A stretch of 64,000 nt of DNA from a virus: positions 1 to 64,000 of the IMG/VR virus record IMGVR_UViG_3300046373_000172. One strand, 5' to 3'. The notes below the pieces were generated by a model that was not told where the DNA came from, made no database searches, and saw nothing but the letters and a program-made list of their open reading frames with translations. This document shows, in pieces, positions 62,560 through 64,000 of this stretch. Numbering within the stretch: the stretch's first letter is position 1; the number at the start of each line of letters is the position of its first letter. The translations under genes were made by a program, and so were the position numbers.

Positions 62560-64000
62560 AGACTACCTTGAACGTTTGCGAGAAGTGCATGGTGACAAGT
62601 ACACCTACCTGCGTATGGACGTAAAAGGGTGGAACTTCTCTATCACGTTCTCCTGCCCAGAGCACGGAGAACACACCCAAGGCCTGCACAACCACTTAAA
62701 GGGCCGAGGCTGCAGGAAGTGCGGTTCGGCCGCACGTAAGAGAACTTTTGCAGATTGGGTAGCTAGCTTCAGAAAGGTGCACGGAGATGCTTACAGCTAC
62801 CTGAGGGTCGAGGAAGTCAACGGAAATGCGTATGTGCACTACCTCTGCGAAAAGCACGGAGAACACCGGCAGACCGCGCATGATCACCTCAAAGGTGCCG
62901 GCTGCGTTCGGTGTGCTTATGCTTCTCGGAAAAGGACCGAGTCAGATTGGATCGAGGCGTTCAAAGCTGTGCACGGGACTACTTATGGGTATCTCGGCAT
63001 GGAAGAGAAGAGGGAAGGCTACTTTAACGTGCTAGCTGTCTGCCCGGATCACGGAGAAGTGAAAATTGACGCCAACACCCATCTGGCCGGCGCAGGTTGT
63101 CGGCTATGCGCCTGGAAATCGGCAGGAGAAAAGAATAAGGTAAGCCGGGAGGAGTACGTCGAACGCGCCAGAAGCGTACATGGAGAGCTTTACACCTACG
63201 GAGATCTGGTGGAGCCTGGACCTCTTCAAAAACTAGAGGTATTCTGCCCGGAGCACGGCCTGTTCGTGCAGAGGATATCTGGCCACCTGTCTGGCTACGG
63301 TTGCCCCAAGTGCGTGGGCGTGATCTCCAGGCCGAACCTGGAGTTGCAGGGTTTCTTGGAAAGTCACGGCGCCGAGACGCGCCTGGAAGAACGCATCCCC
63401 GGAACCACCAAAAAGATGGACATCTTCCTGCCCGCCCAGCAACTTGGCATCGAATATCACGGCAACATCTGGCACTCCAGCCGGTGGCAGCGCAGCGACG
63501 ACGCCCATCTGACCCGCCTCCAGCTAGCTCAGGCGGCCGGGATCCGCCTGATCCAGATCTTCTCGGACGAGTGGACCTGCCGGCGCCAGGCGGTGGAACT
63601 GCTGCTCAAGCGCGCGGCCGGCGTGCCGGAAGCTGCCGTGCACGGCAGGAAGTGCACCATCGTCGACGTCAGCCACAAGGATGCCTCCAGCTTCTACGAC
63701 CTGTGGCATGTGCAGGGGAAGACCACGGCCAGTTCTCAGTACGTCGGCCTGCAGCACGGCGACGACCTAGTGGCGGTGATGGGCTTCTCCTACAACACCT
63801 CGGCGCGGCGCGAGAAGGCGGCCCAGCACAAGGTGGAGTTGACCCGCTTCGCCACCTGCAGGTCGGTGCGCGGCGGCTTCTCGAAGTTGCTGCAGCACTG
63901 GCTTAAAAGCCACCCGGACGTCGAGCAGGTCGTGTCGTATTCCGACAACCGGCTGTTCCTGGGCCGGATGTACGAAGCGTGCGGGTTTGTGAAGGACGGC
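62546..64000 (+). CDS. Hef-like homing endonuclease: four Zn-binding repeats, Vsr/PD-(D/E)XK-like nuclease, C-terminal GNAT-like domain (3'-truncated, not in ORF track)
   Basis: 485 open codons; 4x VHG.Y.Y...CxxHG...HL.G.GCxxC; MDIFLP..LGIEYHGNIWH; ELTRFA...GGFSKLL...VSYSD...GRMYEACGF. Confidence 0.85.
   Translation, partial: MAKLEDYLERLREVHGDKYTYLRMDVKGWNFSITFSCPEHGEHTQGLHNHLKGRGCRKCGSAARKRTFADWVASFRKVHGDAYSYLRVEEVNGNAYVHYLCEKHGEHRQTAHDHLKGAGCVRCAYASRKRTESDWIEAFKAVHGTTYGYLGMEEKREGYFNVLAVCPDHGEVKIDANTHLAGAGCRLCAWKSAGEKNKVSREEYVERARSVHGELYTYGDLVEPGPLQKLEVFCPEHGLFVQRISGHLSGYGCPKCVGVISRPNLELQGFLESHGAETRLEERIPGTTKKMDIFLPAQQLGIEYHGNIWHSSRWQRSDDAHLTRLQLAQAAGIRLIQIFSDEWTCRRQAVELLLKRAAGVPEAAVHGRKCTIVDVSHKDASSFYDLWHVQGKTTASSQYVGLQHGDDLVAVMGFSYNTSARREKAAQHKVELTRFATCRSVRGGFSKLLQHWLKSHPDVEQVVSYSDNRLFLGRMYEACGFVKDG

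Noticed and set aside
1-64000. tRNA, rRNA or structured ncRNA genes
   Set aside because: Intergenic gaps are short (about 120 nt or less) and mostly explained by promoters and terminators; no cloverleaf seen, though a covariance-model scan was not run.

Overview
This window is part of a GC-rich tailed dsDNA phage genome with a long non-contractile tail (siphovirus type). A betaproteobacterial host is my inference from the protein families. Layout: (1) 1-18124 (+): about 55 short, translationally coupled early/host-takeover genes, including two NinX/DUF2591-like paralogues, a Tad1-like immune-signal sponge and a J-domain protein. (2) 18121-21945 (-): an inverted five-gene cassette of virion-appendage-like proteins with a shared ~20-aa TEGADTFAA repeat. 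(3) 22024-45364 (+): replication, recombination and nucleotide genes (RdgC, SNF2 helicase, AEP primase-helicase with a 150-aa mini-intein, DnaQ-like exonuclease, MazG-like protein, dNMP kinase, DksA/TraR, full-length Pol I-like polymerase, ATP ligase, ThyX, resolvase-like nuclease, SbcD/SbcC). (4) 45391-62307 (-): lysis cassette (nested spanins, GH19 endolysin, two holin-like genes), tail-tip genes, a 2823-aa tape measure, G/GT chaperones with a -1 frameshift, tail tube and terminator. (5) 62348-64000 (+): an oppositely oriented cassette of an RHH regulator and a Zn-repeat/nuclease/GNAT fusion that runs off the window. Two genes are frameshifted by perfect short tandem duplications, and a GACA-N4-TG-N3/4-AGTTTGA motif recurs at four gene junctions. 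I found no tRNA, rRNA, CRISPR array, integrase or reverse transcriptase. All family assignments come from motif recognition by eye; no database searches were run.
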